DNA of 62,171 bases, filler included, from 15 parts of 15 records of this genome joined end to end with filler, not necessarily neighbours in it; one strand, 5' to 3'; shown: positions 26,615 to 37,925, counted from the whole stretch's first letter. A program made the numbers and translations. Notes: generated from the letters alone by a model not told the origin.

Positions 26615-27271
26615 AAAGAGAAAATCATCGCTCACGCCGCAGTCATGCTACATCAGTCAGCGATGAATCTGACCCTGATAAAAGGCCATATCGTGCTGGT
26701 TGAACGACCGGAAGAGCCGTTAATGTCGTTAAAAGATTTGGCGATGGACGCTTTCTACCACCCTGAACGCGGCGGGCAGCTCTCTGCTGAAAGCTCCATC
26801 AAAACCACCACTAACCCACCGGCGTTTGGCTGTACCTTTGTTGATCTGACGGTCGATATTGCGCTGTGCAAAGTCACCATCAACCGCATCCTCAACGTTC
26901 ATGATTCAGGGCATATTCTTAATCCACTGCTGGCAGAAGGTCAGGTACACGGCGGAATGGGAATGGGCATTGGCTGGGCGCTATTTGAAGAGATGATCAT
27001 CGATGCTAAAAGCGGCGTGGTCCGTAACCCCAATCTGCTGGATTACAAAATGCCGACCATGCCGGATCTGCCACAACTGGAAAGCGCGTTCGTCGAAATC
27101 AATGAGCCGCAATCCGCATACGGACATAAGTCACTGGGTGAGCCACCAATAATTCCTGTTGCCGCTGCTATTCGTAACGCGGTGAAGATGGCTACCGGTG
27201 TTGCAATCAATACACTGCCGCTGACGCCAAAACGGTTATATGAAGAGTTCCATCTGGCAGGATTGATTTGA
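26615..27271 (+). CDS. xdhA: Xanthine dehydrogenase Mo-binding subunit, 3' part
   Basis: EGQVHGGMGMGIGWALFE, KSLGEPP; upstream of xdhB. Confidence 0.93.
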   Translation, partial: KEKIIAHAAVMLHQSAMNLTLIKGHIVLVERPEEPLMSLKDLAMDAFYHPERGGQLSAESSIKTTTNPPAFGCTFVDLTVDIALCKVTINRILNVHDSGHILNPLLAEGQVHGGMGMGIGWALFEEMIIDAKSGVVRNPNLLDYKMPTMPDLPQLESAFVEINEPQSAYGHKSLGEPPIIPVAAAIRNAVKMATGVAINTLPLTPKRLYEEFHLAGLI

Positions 27272-27281
27272 GGATAACATC

Positions 27282-28160
27282 ATGTTTGATTTTGCTTCTT
27301 ACCATCGCGCAGCAACCCTTGCCGATGCCATCAACCTGCTGGCTGACAACCCGCAGGCCAAACTGCTCGCCGGTGGCACTGACGTACTGATTCAGCTCCA
27401 CCATCACAATGACCGTTATCGCCATATTGTTGATATTCATAATCTGGCGGAGCTGCGGGGAATTACGCTGGCGGAAGATGGCTCGCTACGTATCGGCTCT
27501 GCAACGACATTTACCCAGCTAATAGAAGATCCTATAACTCAACGTCATCTCCCGGCGTTATGTGCTGCGGCCACGTCCATTGCTGGACCGCAGATCCGTA
27601 ACGTCGCTACCTACGGTGGAAATATTTGCAACGGTGCCACCAGCGCAGATTCTGCCACGCCAACGCTAATTTATGACGCGAAACTGGAGATCCACTCCCC
27701 GCGCGGTGTTCGTTTCGTCCCGATTAATGGCTTTCACACCGGGCCGGGCAAAGTGTCTCTTGAGCATGACGAAATCCTCGTCGCCTTTCATTTTCCGCCA
27801 CAGCCGAAAGAACACGCGGGCAGCGCGCATTTTAAATATGCCATGCGCGACGCAATGGATATTTCAACGATTGGCTGCGCCGCACATTGCCGACTGGATA
27901 ACGGCAATTTCAGCGAATTACGCCTGGCATTTGGTGTTGCCGCGCCAACGCCGATTCGCTGCCAACATGCCGAACAGACTGCACAAAATGCGCCATTAAA
28001 CCTGCAAACGCTGGAAGCTATCAGCGAATCTGTCCTGCAAGATGTCGCCCCGCGTTCTTCATGGCGGGCCAGTAAAGAGTTTCGTCTGCATCTCATCCAG
28101 ACGATGACCAAAAAAGTGATTAGCGAAGCCGTCGCCGCGGCGGGGGGAAAATTGCAATGA
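27282..28160 (+). CDS. xdhB: Xanthine dehydrogenase FAD-binding subunit
   Basis: 292 aa; [17 protein letters not shown]. Confidence 0.95.
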
Positions 28161-28636
28161 ATCACAGCGAAACAATTACCATCGAATGCACCATTAACGG
28201 GATGCCTTTTCAGCTTCACGCCGCACCAGGCACGCCGCTCTCGGAATTACTCCGCGAACAAGGACTGCTAAGTGTCAAACAAGGGTGCTGCGTGGGTGAA
28301 TGTGGTGCCTGTACGGTGTTGGTCGACGGCACAGCAATAGACAGTTGCTTATACCTTGCCGCCTGGGCTGAAGGAAAAGAGATCCGCACGCTGGAAGGTG
28401 AAGCGAAAGGCGGAAAACTTTCTCATGTTCAGCAGGCTTATGCGAAATCCGGCGCAGTGCAGTGCGGGTTTTGTACGCCTGGCCTGATTATGGCTACCAC
28501 GGCAATGCTGGCGAAACCACGCGAGAAGCCATTAACCATTACGGAAATTCGTCGCGGACTGGCGGGAAATCTTTGTCGCTGCACGGGGTATCAGATGATT
28601 GTAAATACAGTTCTGGATTGCGAGAAAACGAAGTAA
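28157..28636 (+). CDS. xdhC: Xanthine dehydrogenase 2Fe-2S subunit
   Basis: [29 protein letters not shown]. Confidence 0.95.
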
Positions 28637-28642
28637 AAGGAT

Positions 28643-28666
28643 ATCCGGCCTGAATTCAGGCCGGAT
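28643..28666. terminator. Perfect palindrome between convergent xdhC and ygeV; probable terminator
   Basis: ATCCGGCCTGAATTCAGGCCGGAT. Confidence 0.65.
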
Positions 28667-28675
28667 TCACTGAGG

Positions 28676-29099
28676 TTATGTGTTTAACAACTCATATTTC
28701 TTAATCTTGCGATAGAGCGTAGCAATGCCGATGCCCAGTTCATCAGCAACTTGCTTCTTGCTGTTATGACGTGAAAGCGCCTCGCGGATCATTTGCTTTT
28801 CCATCTCCTCCAGCGCCGTGCCGCCCGCATCATCGAGTGACAGGTGCGCCTCACTGACCTCTGTTACATCACTTTGCTCCGTTGTGCCATTATTCAGCAG
28901 ATTTGGCGGCAATAGCGTGCTGTCGATAACTTCACCTGAAGGAACCACGTTAACCAGATATTCCATCAAATTGCTTAACTCGCGCAGGTTTCCGGGCCAA
29001 CGATGCTTACGCAATATTTCGACGACATCGGGAGCAATGCCAGGATAAACCGATCCCAGACGACGGGTATGCAGATGTAAAAAGTAATGCACCAATAGT
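28676..29099 (-). CDS. ygeV: Sigma54-dependent transcriptional regulator, 3' part
   Basis: WPGNLRELSN and Fis-type HTH (ADELGIGIATLYRKIKKY). Confidence 0.9.
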
Positions 29100-29199
29100 N
29101 NNNNNNNNNNNNNNNNNNNNNNNNNNNNNNNNNNNNNNNNNNNTTAATTAATTAANNNNNNNNNNNNNNNNNNNNNNNNNNNNNNNNNNNNNNNNNNNN

Positions 29200-29371
29200 T
29201 AACATCGCTGGCAAACTGAATAAACGCGTCACAGCGCTGCTGTTGGTTAAGTTGGGTAAGCCGCTCGTTAGCATAGTTGTTAAGCGGCGCATCTTCTGCT
29301 TGCGGTTCAAGTCGCAGCGGGCGACCCAGTGCCTGAGCAACGTTATTCAAAAATTCGCCTCGATTATCCAT
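29200..29371 (-). CDS. ykgG: LutC/YkgG family protein, 5' part
   Basis: MDNRGEFLNNVAQALGR, overlapping the ykgF stop. Confidence 0.88.
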
Positions 29372-30791
29372 TCTTTTTCTCCTGCGCCTGATGTTTCTTA
29401 AACCAACTACGGAAACTCTCTCCGTCAGCTTCAGGAAGATCGCGTGCTTCCATCCAGTCGCTAATCGCGCCAAATTTGAGTGGTGTTTTGCCGCCATTGA
29501 TAAACCAGCTTGCCGCATGAGCACCGGCCATCATCCCGACTTTCCACAATCCTGGATGACTATTGGCATAAGCGAACATTTTTATCGCCCGTTGCTCTGC
29601 TTTTGCGGTGATCCCTTTTTCAGCCATCACCCGACGATGACGCAAAATCAGTTTTGACAGCGGAATACGCACCGGACACACGTTGTCACAAGCTGTGCAT
29701 AAAGAGCAGGCGTAGGGTAAATCTTTAAAATCTTTATAGCCGCCAAGTAGCGGAGAAATCACCGCACCAATTGGCCCTGGATAAATAGAGCCATATCCAT
29801 GACCGCCAATATGGCGATATGCCGGACAAGTATTCATACAAGCCCCGCAGCGAATACAGCGCAGCACATCCCGAAATTCAGAGGCCAGCACCTCAGAACG
29901 CCCGTTATCGACAATAACCAGATGAAACTCTTCAGGACCATCAACGTGCCCAGCTTCGCGCGGTCCTGTCAGCCAGGTGTTGTATCCCGTCAAACGTGCA
30001 CCAACGGCACTGCGCGCCAGCATGGTGATCAATACATCTACCTCGGCAAACGTGGGGGCAATACGCTCCATTCCCATCACTGCAATATGCGTTTTAGGCA
30101 GCGTGGTACACATTCGCGCATTACCTTCATTGGTCACCAGGCATACCGAACCGGTCTCTGCCACCGCGAAATTACAGCCGGTAATACCTATTTCAGCACT
30201 GAGGAAATCTTCGCGGATTTTTTGCCGGATGAATAAGGTCATCGCTTCAGGCGTTTCCGGCCCCTCATAGCCCAGACGTTCGTGTAGCACTCGACGGATC
30301 TGATGGCGATCTTTATGAATTGCCGGGACCACAACATGAGATGGCGGATCTTGATCCAGCTGGAGAATATATTCACCCAGATCGGTTTCAATCACCTGAA
30401 TGCCAGCATCCTGCAACACATGATTGACACCAATCTCTTCGGTCACCATCGATTTAGATTTCACCACCTTCCGGGCATTTTTGCGTTGGGCAACCTGTAA
30501 AATGTAGCGGGTAGCGTCTTCTTTGGTTCTTGCAAAATAGACGTGACCGCCGTTTTGCGTCACTTTTTCTGAGAGCTGGTACAGATAAGCGTCGAGATTA
30601 CTCAGAACATGATCACGTATCTGGGCGGCCCGATCGCGCCACTCCTCCCAGTGCCCCAATTCATCGACCATTTTTTGCCGATTTGCCCCAATACGCTGCT
30701 GCGCGTTTGCCACCGCTTTGCGCATGATCGGATCTTCAATTTGCTGACGGATGCGTGTCTTAAAATCTGTATTACTGGTTTTGATCGACAT
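29364..30791 (-). CDS. ykgF: LutB-family lactate-utilisation Fe-S protein
   Basis: 475 aa; ETDLGEYI, CIRCGACMNTCP, CSLCTACDNVCP. Confidence 0.95.
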   Translation of the reverse strand: MSIKTSNTDFKTRIRQQIEDPIMRKAVANAQQRIGANRQKMVDELGHWEEWRDRAAQIRDHVLSNLDAYLYQLSEKVTQNGGHVYFARTKEDATRYILQVAQRKNARKVVKSKSMVTEEIGVNHVLQDAGIQVIETDLGEYILQLDQDPPSHVVVPAIHKDRHQIRRVLHERLGYEGPETPEAMTLFIRQKIREDFLSAEIGITGCNFAVAETGSVCLVTNEGNARMCTTLPKTHIAVMGMERIAPTFAEVDVLITMLARSAVGARLTGYNTWLTGPREAGHVDGPEEFHLVIVDNGRSEVLASEFRDVLRCIRCGACMNTCPAYRHIGGHGYGSIYPGPIGAVISPLLGGYKDFKDLPYACSLCTACDNVCPVRIPLSKLILRHRRVMAEKGITAKAEQRAIKMFAYANSHPGLWKVGMMAGAHAASWFINGGKTPLKFGAISDWMEARDLPEADGESFRSWFKKHQAQEKKNG

Positions 30792-30801
30792 CTTTATATC
30801 C

Positions 30802-31521
30802 TCAGCGGCTCATCAACACTTCAGCAATATGCATCACTTTGACTTTCTGCCCTTCCCGTTGTAATCGCCCACTGATGTTTAGCAGGCAACTCACGTCAGC
30901 ACCAATTAAATACTCAGGGCGGACTTCCATCAGGTGCGCAACCTTTTCTTTCACCATCTCGCCGGATATTTCGGCCATTTTGACCGAGAACGTGCCGCCA
31001 AATCCGCAGCAGGTATCCTGTTCAGCAAAGGTCAACAGCTCCAGTCCACGCACATTTTTCAGCAGCGTAAGTGGCTCGTCCTTCACTCCCAGCTTACGGG
31101 CCAGGCTACAAGATGGGTGATACACCGCTCTCCCTTGCAAACTGGCACCTACATCGACTACCCCTAATTTATTAACAATAAAAGAGGTGAGATCCTGCAT
31201 ACGCGCGGCAACCTTTGCGGCACGTGATGCCCATTCAGGTTCATCCGCCAGATACGTCGGGTAACTTTTTACGGCATAGGTGCAAGAGCCAGCCGGTGAA
31301 ATAATGGGATCGTCGTTATCCTCCAGTGCGGCGATCAGATTTTTCATCCCTGGAATCGCTTCTTTGATATAACCGCTATTGATCGCAGGCTGACCGCAGC
31401 ATCCCTGTTTCTCCGGGAAATTTACGCGACAGCCGAGTTTTTCCAGTAGCAGCACGGAGTCTCGTGCCATTCTTGATTTCAGGGCGTCACCAATACAGGT
31501 GACAAAGAAATTGACATTCAC
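30802..31521 (-). CDS. ykgE: LutA-family (CCG domain) oxidoreductase subunit
   Basis: 239 aa; QGCCGQP and CCGFGGTF. Confidence 0.95.
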   Translation of the reverse strand: MNVNFFVTCIGDALKSRMARDSVLLLEKLGCRVNFPEKQGCCGQPAINSGYIKEAIPGMKNLIAALEDNDDPIISPAGSCTYAVKSYPTYLADEPEWASRAAKVAARMQDLTSFIVNKLGVVDVGASLQGRAVYHPSCSLARKLGVKDEPLTLLKNVRGLELLTFAEQDTCCGFGGTFSVKMAEISGEMVKEKVAHLMEVRPEYLIGADVSCLLNISGRLQREGQKVKVMHIAEVLMSR

Positions 31522-31664
31522 AACTAATACTCCATTACTTCATGCCCATTTATGCCCGATGTTTNNNNNNNNNNNNNNNNNNNNNNNNNNNNNNNNNNNN
31601 NNNNNNNNTTAATTAATTAANNNNNNNNNNNNNNNNNNNNNNNNNNNNNNNNNNNNNNNNNNNN

Positions 31665-34600
31665 GGGTCGGAGCCGTCCGTGGAGTAGTAGATGGTGAGA
31701 GGCTGGGACGATGGCGGGTACATGGCACAGGTGATATCTGGAAGGCGCACAAACACGTGAGACATATCCATAGAGCAGCAACTCATGGAGGACAAGGTTA
31801 GAGATGACAAATTCTGGGTGTGCCCAACGTACTGAGTGTGACCGAAGTGGTGTAGGTGCCTGTGGCCGGCTCGACGGTGGTGGCAAGGGACCCGTAGATG
31901 GTGTAGCCCACAGTTGTCACCGCGCTTGTCAGTCTGCCGGTTTGTGTCTCCACTGCTTTCACAGTTGTAGTTGCAAGGGATGGTGGCGTGTACGTGGTCA
32001 GAATAGCAGAGGAGGCTGTGGGTGTGCTGCCATCCGTCGTGTAGCGCACATTAATAGCGGCGTCATCTGCATTATACACACAGGAATCATCACATCAGCG
32101 ACGCATCCACAGTGGCCATGAAGTCGTGCGCACCAAATTCGGCGGTAACATCCGTGTTGACTGTGGGGCTAACACTTGTACCCACGGCTAGAATCCCGCC
32201 CGCAGAGAGCCCCGGTGCAGGGAGAGGCCCCAAACAGCTGTGCACATACATGGTCAAATCCTGCTCACAGCAATAAAGGAGCACGCAATCGCGTCAAGGA
32301 GAACGAACTTTGTCAACGACGCACCGTTCATGCCACCTCGCTTTGCCCCACACACACTGACAGTTGTCCATGCTTGTCTGCGGGGACAGTGCTGCGATGG
32401 AACTGCTGTCGGAGCTGCACAGCACACACTCAATGGCGGTGCCTGTAGTAGAGGTGGCGCTGCGTGTCAGAACATGTGTTCCGAGAGGTGTTTCTGAGGA
32501 GCCGTCCAGGGCTGAGAGCGTGTTGGTGCCTGTGAGGGCGTTCTCGTAGGGGGTGCCCGCGGATGTGGTGCCATACAGAACATACTGTGCATGAGAAAGA
32601 ACGAGGTAAGAAAGAAGAATATCATAGAGGACGGTGGCACCAACATGGAAGAGTTCATACCTGTGCCATGCCATACGGTTGCGCTGAGTTGTATTGGTAG
32701 AGCACCTGCACACACAACGTTATCCCACCACAATAACACTATACTTGCTACTCGACTACAGTACGCAGGACGTAGACTCCATTCAACACCAAAAACCTCA
32801 ACTGGCTGTGCGCACATACCACTCGTGCGATATTCATGACAGACCCCAAGTCCAGCGTCACACTTGCATAACCAGCACCATTTCCTCCCAGCCATTGACG
32901 CGTGGTGTCTGTGCCTCGGTGGTTGTCGTAGAGCTTATCACACGTCTGAGAGCCCTGTACACAAAGCCATCAGTTTGCAGTCTAGTTCCGTATACATCTG
33001 CGAAACATGGCACAACCCGACAGCAACGTGTACTCTTTGCGGCAGCCGCACAAAAGACATACCACATGTCCGGCATCGGAGCATGAGGTGGGTATAACGG
33101 ATGCGCCCGCTGTGTTGAAGATCAGCACCTCCGCAAGCCCAATGTTCCTGTTAATAATGTGGTTATTCACTGTTGACAGCATATCACCGCACAAGTGTAA
33201 TATCGGCTTTGGAACACGCGATTCTCTCACGGACAGATATAACTAGCATACCCTCCATTTCCACTGAACCCGTGAGCGGCGTTGTTGCTCAACGAAGGAC
33301 TGGCGATGGTCAAGTAGCGCAGCTTCCATGCCAGGATGGAGTCTGGGTTGCAGCCGCAAGTGCAAGTAGTGGAGCGGACCAACGATGCGGCACAATTGGT
33401 AGCACAGGACCCAGCACAGACGGTGGTGCCTACAGGAACGCTCCTATGAGGTACAGAAATGGCGGTAGCATTGCTAATTGGAGATTAACGGTGCAGCTCT
33501 TCATCATTTCACATACACCACTGTGACCTGTGCACGTACCTGATGGACAGCTGCATGTGCAGTCGGACGCCATCGTCATTCCAGTGGCACACAACGGACG
33601 ACAGGTTCCGTTGCACATGCGAGCGCTGTCTGGGTCGCATGATTTGCTCAGCACAGCCGGTGTCAGCACATTTCCTGTAGGACCAACTTCGGATGAGAAA
33701 CCACTATATCTCATAAGGGATGGGTTCATCTAACCCTAACCCACGTACCAAAGTACTTATTCGCAACCACGACGCTTGATAAGGACAGCTCGTTGATCTG
33801 GCCCCGGTAGAAGGAATACGCGGGCTGGTACCCGCCCACAAACAAGGGACTGTGCAGATAGAGTCAGTACCACTACCATATGGATACACTATGTGAATGT
33901 ATGGTTACAAGCACAAAGAAACCTCTTTTCGGAAATGGCTACATAGAAAGAAGACTAGTTAGCGTACGGGTTGGAGGAACAGCTGCATGTGGTTCCACTC
34001 GCCAGGGTGGCAGATCCGTATCTGACAAAGAGACGTCAGTGGAACTGTAACTGTATCTGCAACGTGCTCAAACAACACTACAAACGAAGTGGACAATTCC
34101 GCACGTACTCGGTCCCATCGACGTAGAATTTGATATTCGTGCCCTGTTTGACCACCGCTACATGAAACCAATATCCGAGCGGTTGAAATGTCGAGCTCAC
34201 TATATCAGCGTCGACCCCGTTGGTGAACCGTAAGCGAGCCTGCGTGGAACTGGTGCCCGCATCGTCAATGGCGAGGACCCAGGACGAAGGCAGACCGACC
34301 ACACCAGAGGACCCTACGCCGCACTTGTCAGACATAGCATACTTGAAACTGTGCGAAACAAGAAAAGACACATTGCAGGGGGAGCAGTTACGTAGCACTC
34401 GAGCGTACCACCACCACCGGTGATCAAGGACGCGTTCAGATACGCCTGAATCGTGAAGTCAGTCTGCAGACAAAAGTTGGTGCATGTGTTTGGGCGCACA
34501 CGAGCCTGAAGTTGCAGTGTAGACCCACAGGTGTTGGGCGCCGAGGCTCCTGTGCCTGTGAAATAGTACCAGTCGGGCGCGGGGTCGCAGTACCCACGGG

Positions 34601-35183
34601 TGTTGTTTTCGGCAGGCACGTAGAAGCCGGGCTCAGCGGGGACACAAGAGCAGCACCCCGGCGTGTAGTCGTCCGCATTACCCTGCGTCCATTGATACGA
34701 TCAGATAATGAGAACTCAGAGATGAATAGCGCTCACTCAGCCGAATTATGTAAAAATGAGCAGCAAGTACATTTTTGTACTGGCCCGCTGTGTCACAATA
34801 ATACACGCAGTTGGATGTCGCCTGCCCACGTGCGTAGTAATGTGTGCCCGCGGGTTTGTTGGTGCAGGGCGTTTGCACATCCGTAAACGCGGGTGAGTAG
34901 TATCCAATCTCTACACCACCCAATCACTGTTAATAGCTGACAGAGCCACAGGTTCATGACGCTGACGGCGCACCTGCTTTCTCGCACGTGTATTGCATGA
35001 TGAGGAATTCGTCCAGCTCGCCCTTGCAGTAGTAACCGGGCGTGTTGGTGCAGGTCGCATCGCACGGACCACCGTCCGGCCCTGACAGCAGGCGACGGGA
35101 TGTAGATCGCATGTGGCTGGTGGAGGTTGTGTTGGGTGTTGACTGAGGAGTCTCGGAGAGTAAGCGGCGTGTAGGAGCCCCAA
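31665..35183 (-). CDS. Internal fragment of a large eukaryotic Cys-rich extracellular mosaic protein; exons 35183-34974, 34910-34771, 34682-34409, 34313-34109, 34021-33968, 33849-33749, 33674-33540, 33429-33252, 33147-33063, 32954-32820, 32705-32661, 32584-32325, 32237-32134, 32066-31833, 31737-31665
   Basis: Manual splicing of 14 GT-AG introns (63-118 nt) gives one stop-free, phase-consistent frame of 2233 nt. Contains LamG-like motifs (FTIQAY, WFHVAVVK...KFYVDG, LFVGG...YRGQINEL), discoidin-like motifs (KLYDN...W...VTLDLG) and two Y(T/S)TDGS(T/D)P repeats. Confidence 0.8.
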
Positions 35184-35401
35184 CTGCGGAGAGGGATGAG
35201 TAAAACGGAAGATATACCGTACATATGCACACACGGCATAGCGTCATGAAGTGTCTGGATACACTCTCAAACCAAAGTCAAATGTCATATGAATTGACAG
35301 TNNNNNNNNNNNNNNNNNNNNNNNNNNNNNNNNNNNNNNNNNNNNTTAATTAATTAANNNNNNNNNNNNNNNNNNNNNNNNNNNNNNNNNNNNNNNNNNN
35401 N

Positions 35402-36468
35402 TTAATGGTTGCCGGATATTCCTGAATGGTGACCTGCAGCGTTAACTGCTTATCATCACGCATCACTACTACAGGGATCACCGAACCAGGGCGAATTTCC
35501 GCCACCTGATCCATCGTCTCCAGAGCAGAGATGGCCGGTTTGTTATCCACCGAAATAATCAGATCGTTGACCTGAATACCCGCATTCGCCGCCGGGCCGT
35601 CAGGTGACACTTCATTAACCACGATCCCTTGCAGTTGATCTATACCACCGCCCTGCGCGTGCAGTGGTGCGATCTCACGTCCGCCGATACCAATGTAGCC
35701 GCGGATCACGCGACCATCGCGGATCAGCTTATCCATAATTTTGGTTGCTAACTGGAAAGGAATCGCAAAGCCGATACCTTCCGGCGTTTCGCCATCGTTA
35801 CTCTTATCAAACGACAGCGTATTAATGCCCATCAGTTCGCCCAGCGAGTTCACCAGCGCGCCGCCAGAGTTACCGTGGTTAATGGAAGCATCGGTTTGGA
35901 GGAAGTTTTGCCGCCCGGTCGGGTTCAGACCGATTCGACCCGTGGCACTAATAATCCCCTGGGTAATGGTCTGCCCGAGGTTGTACGGGTTACCGATCGC
36001 CAGTACTACGTCGCCAATGTGCGGTACGCGACGTGCATTAATTGGAATGGTAGGTAAACCGCCAGTGGCATTAATTTTAAGTACCGCCAGATCGGTTAGA
36101 GAGTCAGATCCCACCAGCAATGCTTCAAATACACGTCCATCCTGTAAGGCGACGATGATCTGATCGGCGTCGTTGATGACGTGTTTATTGGTGATGATAT
36201 AACCGCGTTGATCCATGATTACACCGGATCCCAGGGTGCGGATCTCAAGCTGGTTGTGAGAGTTGGTGTTCAAACCACGGTTGTAAACGTTAACCACCGC
36301 TGGCGCGGCGCGGCGAACCGCCAGATTATAGCTGGCAGGCGTCTCATCGGTACTGTCAAATTGCGGAGTGGAAAGCGGGTTAAGGCTGCGCAGCGAAGGC
36401 ATGGCAACCAGCAGAATAGCGCCGACAATTAATCCAATCGCAACGGAACGTAAGAGCTTCACAAACAT
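35402..36468 (-). CDS. degS: Envelope-stress sensor serine protease
   Basis: TNKHV, DASINHGNSGG, one PDZ domain; terminal codon region appears to lack one base at the contig edge. Confidence 0.97.
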
Positions 36469-36557
36469 GATGGAGGCGTCATTAAAAAAGGGAACGGCAG
36501 CAGCATACCACGAGTTAACCGGACATCACACGTAAGCCTGATGCCCGGTTTACGACA

Positions 36558-37925
36558 TTAACGCATCAGCAGATAGATGCTTTCATTGCCGCGTACAATT
36601 TGCAGGGCGATGATGGCCGGTTTTGCCGCCAGCACTTTACGCATTTCAGCAATCGAGTTCACCCGATCGCGGTTGACGCCAATGATCACATCGTCTTTTT
36701 GCAAGCCAGCCTGAGCAGCTGGGCTTCCTTTGACAACTTCATCGATTTTAATACCTTTGCCGCCATCTTTTAGCTGACCATCGCTCAACGTTGCACCTTC
36801 CAGCGCTGGCGTGATCATTTCAGCGCTGGCCGACGAAGAGGTGCTGGTATCGAGCGTCACTTCTACTTCCAGTGGTTTGCCGTTACGCAGCAGGCCAAGC
36901 TTCACTTTCGTGCCCGGCTCGGTGGTCGCGATACGAGAGCGCAACTCAGCAAAGCTATTCAGCGGTTTGCCGTTGAGGCTGGTAATAATATCGCCCGCTT
37001 TGACGCCCGCTTTTGCCGAGCCAGAACCTGGCAACACTTCGCTGACAAACGCGCCACGCTGCACGTCAAGGTTGAAGGCTTTGGCGATATCGGCACTCAT
37101 CTCGGTGCCTTTGATGCCTAACAAACCGCGTTTGATTTCACCAAAGTCGATAAGCTGCTGCGCCAGTGTTCGCGCCATATTACTGGGGATGGCAAATCCA
37201 ATCCCGACGCTCCCGCCGCCAGGCGCAAGGATTGCAGTGTTGATGCCAATTAACTCACCGTTAAGGTTTAATAGTGCACCGCCGGAGTTACCGCGGTTAA
37301 TGGAAGCATCTGTCTGGATAAAGTTTTCCAGACCTTCAAGATTCAACCCGCTGCGGCCTAATGCGGAAACAATGCCAGAGGTGGCGGTTTGCCCAAGGCC
37401 AAATGGGTTACCGACCGCTACGGCAAAATCACCGACGCGCAATTTATCGGAGTCGGCAATAGCGATTTGCGTTAATTTGCTCGGGTTTTGAATTTGTAAC
37501 AGGGCGATATCGCTCTGGTCATCGCTACCAATCAGTTTTGCATCAAACTCGCGCCCATCATTGAGCTGAATACTGATTTTCTGTGCCTGATTAATCACAT
37601 GGTTGTTGGTCAGCACATAGCCTTTACTGGCGTTGATGATGACACCGGAGCCTAAACCTTCGAAGGGTTGTGCAGGTTGATCCGGTAAATCATCACCAAA
37701 AAACTTTTTGAATTCTTCCGGGATTTTCTGTCCCTGACTGGCCGTTCCTTCCACCCGTACGCTCACCACTGCCGGAAGCACTTTTTCCAGCATTGGAGCC
37801 AGACTGGGGAGAGGGGCCTGATCGGCAACCTGGCCTGGAATCGACGCGACGGCCTGAAATGACGCCGAGAGAGTTAACCCGACACTTAACGCTAATGCAC
37901 TCAACAGCTGGGTTTGTTTTTTCAT
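36558..37925 (-). CDS. degQ: Periplasmic serine endoprotease
   Basis: 455 aa from MKKQTQLL; TNNHV, GNSGG, two PDZ domains. Confidence 0.97.
   Translation of the reverse strand: MKKQTQLLSALALSVGLTLSASFQAVASIPGQVADQAPLPSLAPMLEKVLPAVVSVRVEGTASQGQKIPEEFKKFFGDDLPDQPAQPFEGLGSGVIINASKGYVLTNNHVINQAQKISIQLNDGREFDAKLIGSDDQSDIALLQIQNPSKLTQIAIADSDKLRVGDFAVAVGNPFGLGQTATSGIVSALGRSGLNLEGLENFIQTDASINRGNSGGALLNLNGELIGINTAILAPGGGSVGIGFAIPSNMARTLAQQLIDFGEIKRGLLGIKGTEMSADIAKAFNLDVQRGAFVSEVLPGSGSAKAGVKAGDIITSLNGKPLNSFAELRSRIATTEPGTKVKLGLLRNGKPLEVEVTLDTSTSSSASAEMITPALEGATLSDGQLKDGGKGIKIDEVVKGSPAAQAGLQKDDVIIGVNRDRVNSIAEMRKVLAAKPAIIALQIVRGNESIYLLMR

Noticed and set aside
33730-33742. CTAACCCTAACCC telomere-like repeat
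   Set aside because: Only two units, inside a 74-nt intron; compatible with chance
31665-35301. Stop-codon reassignment explaining the fragmented ORFs
   Set aside because: All stops fall within GT-AG introns; the spliced frame is open in the standard code
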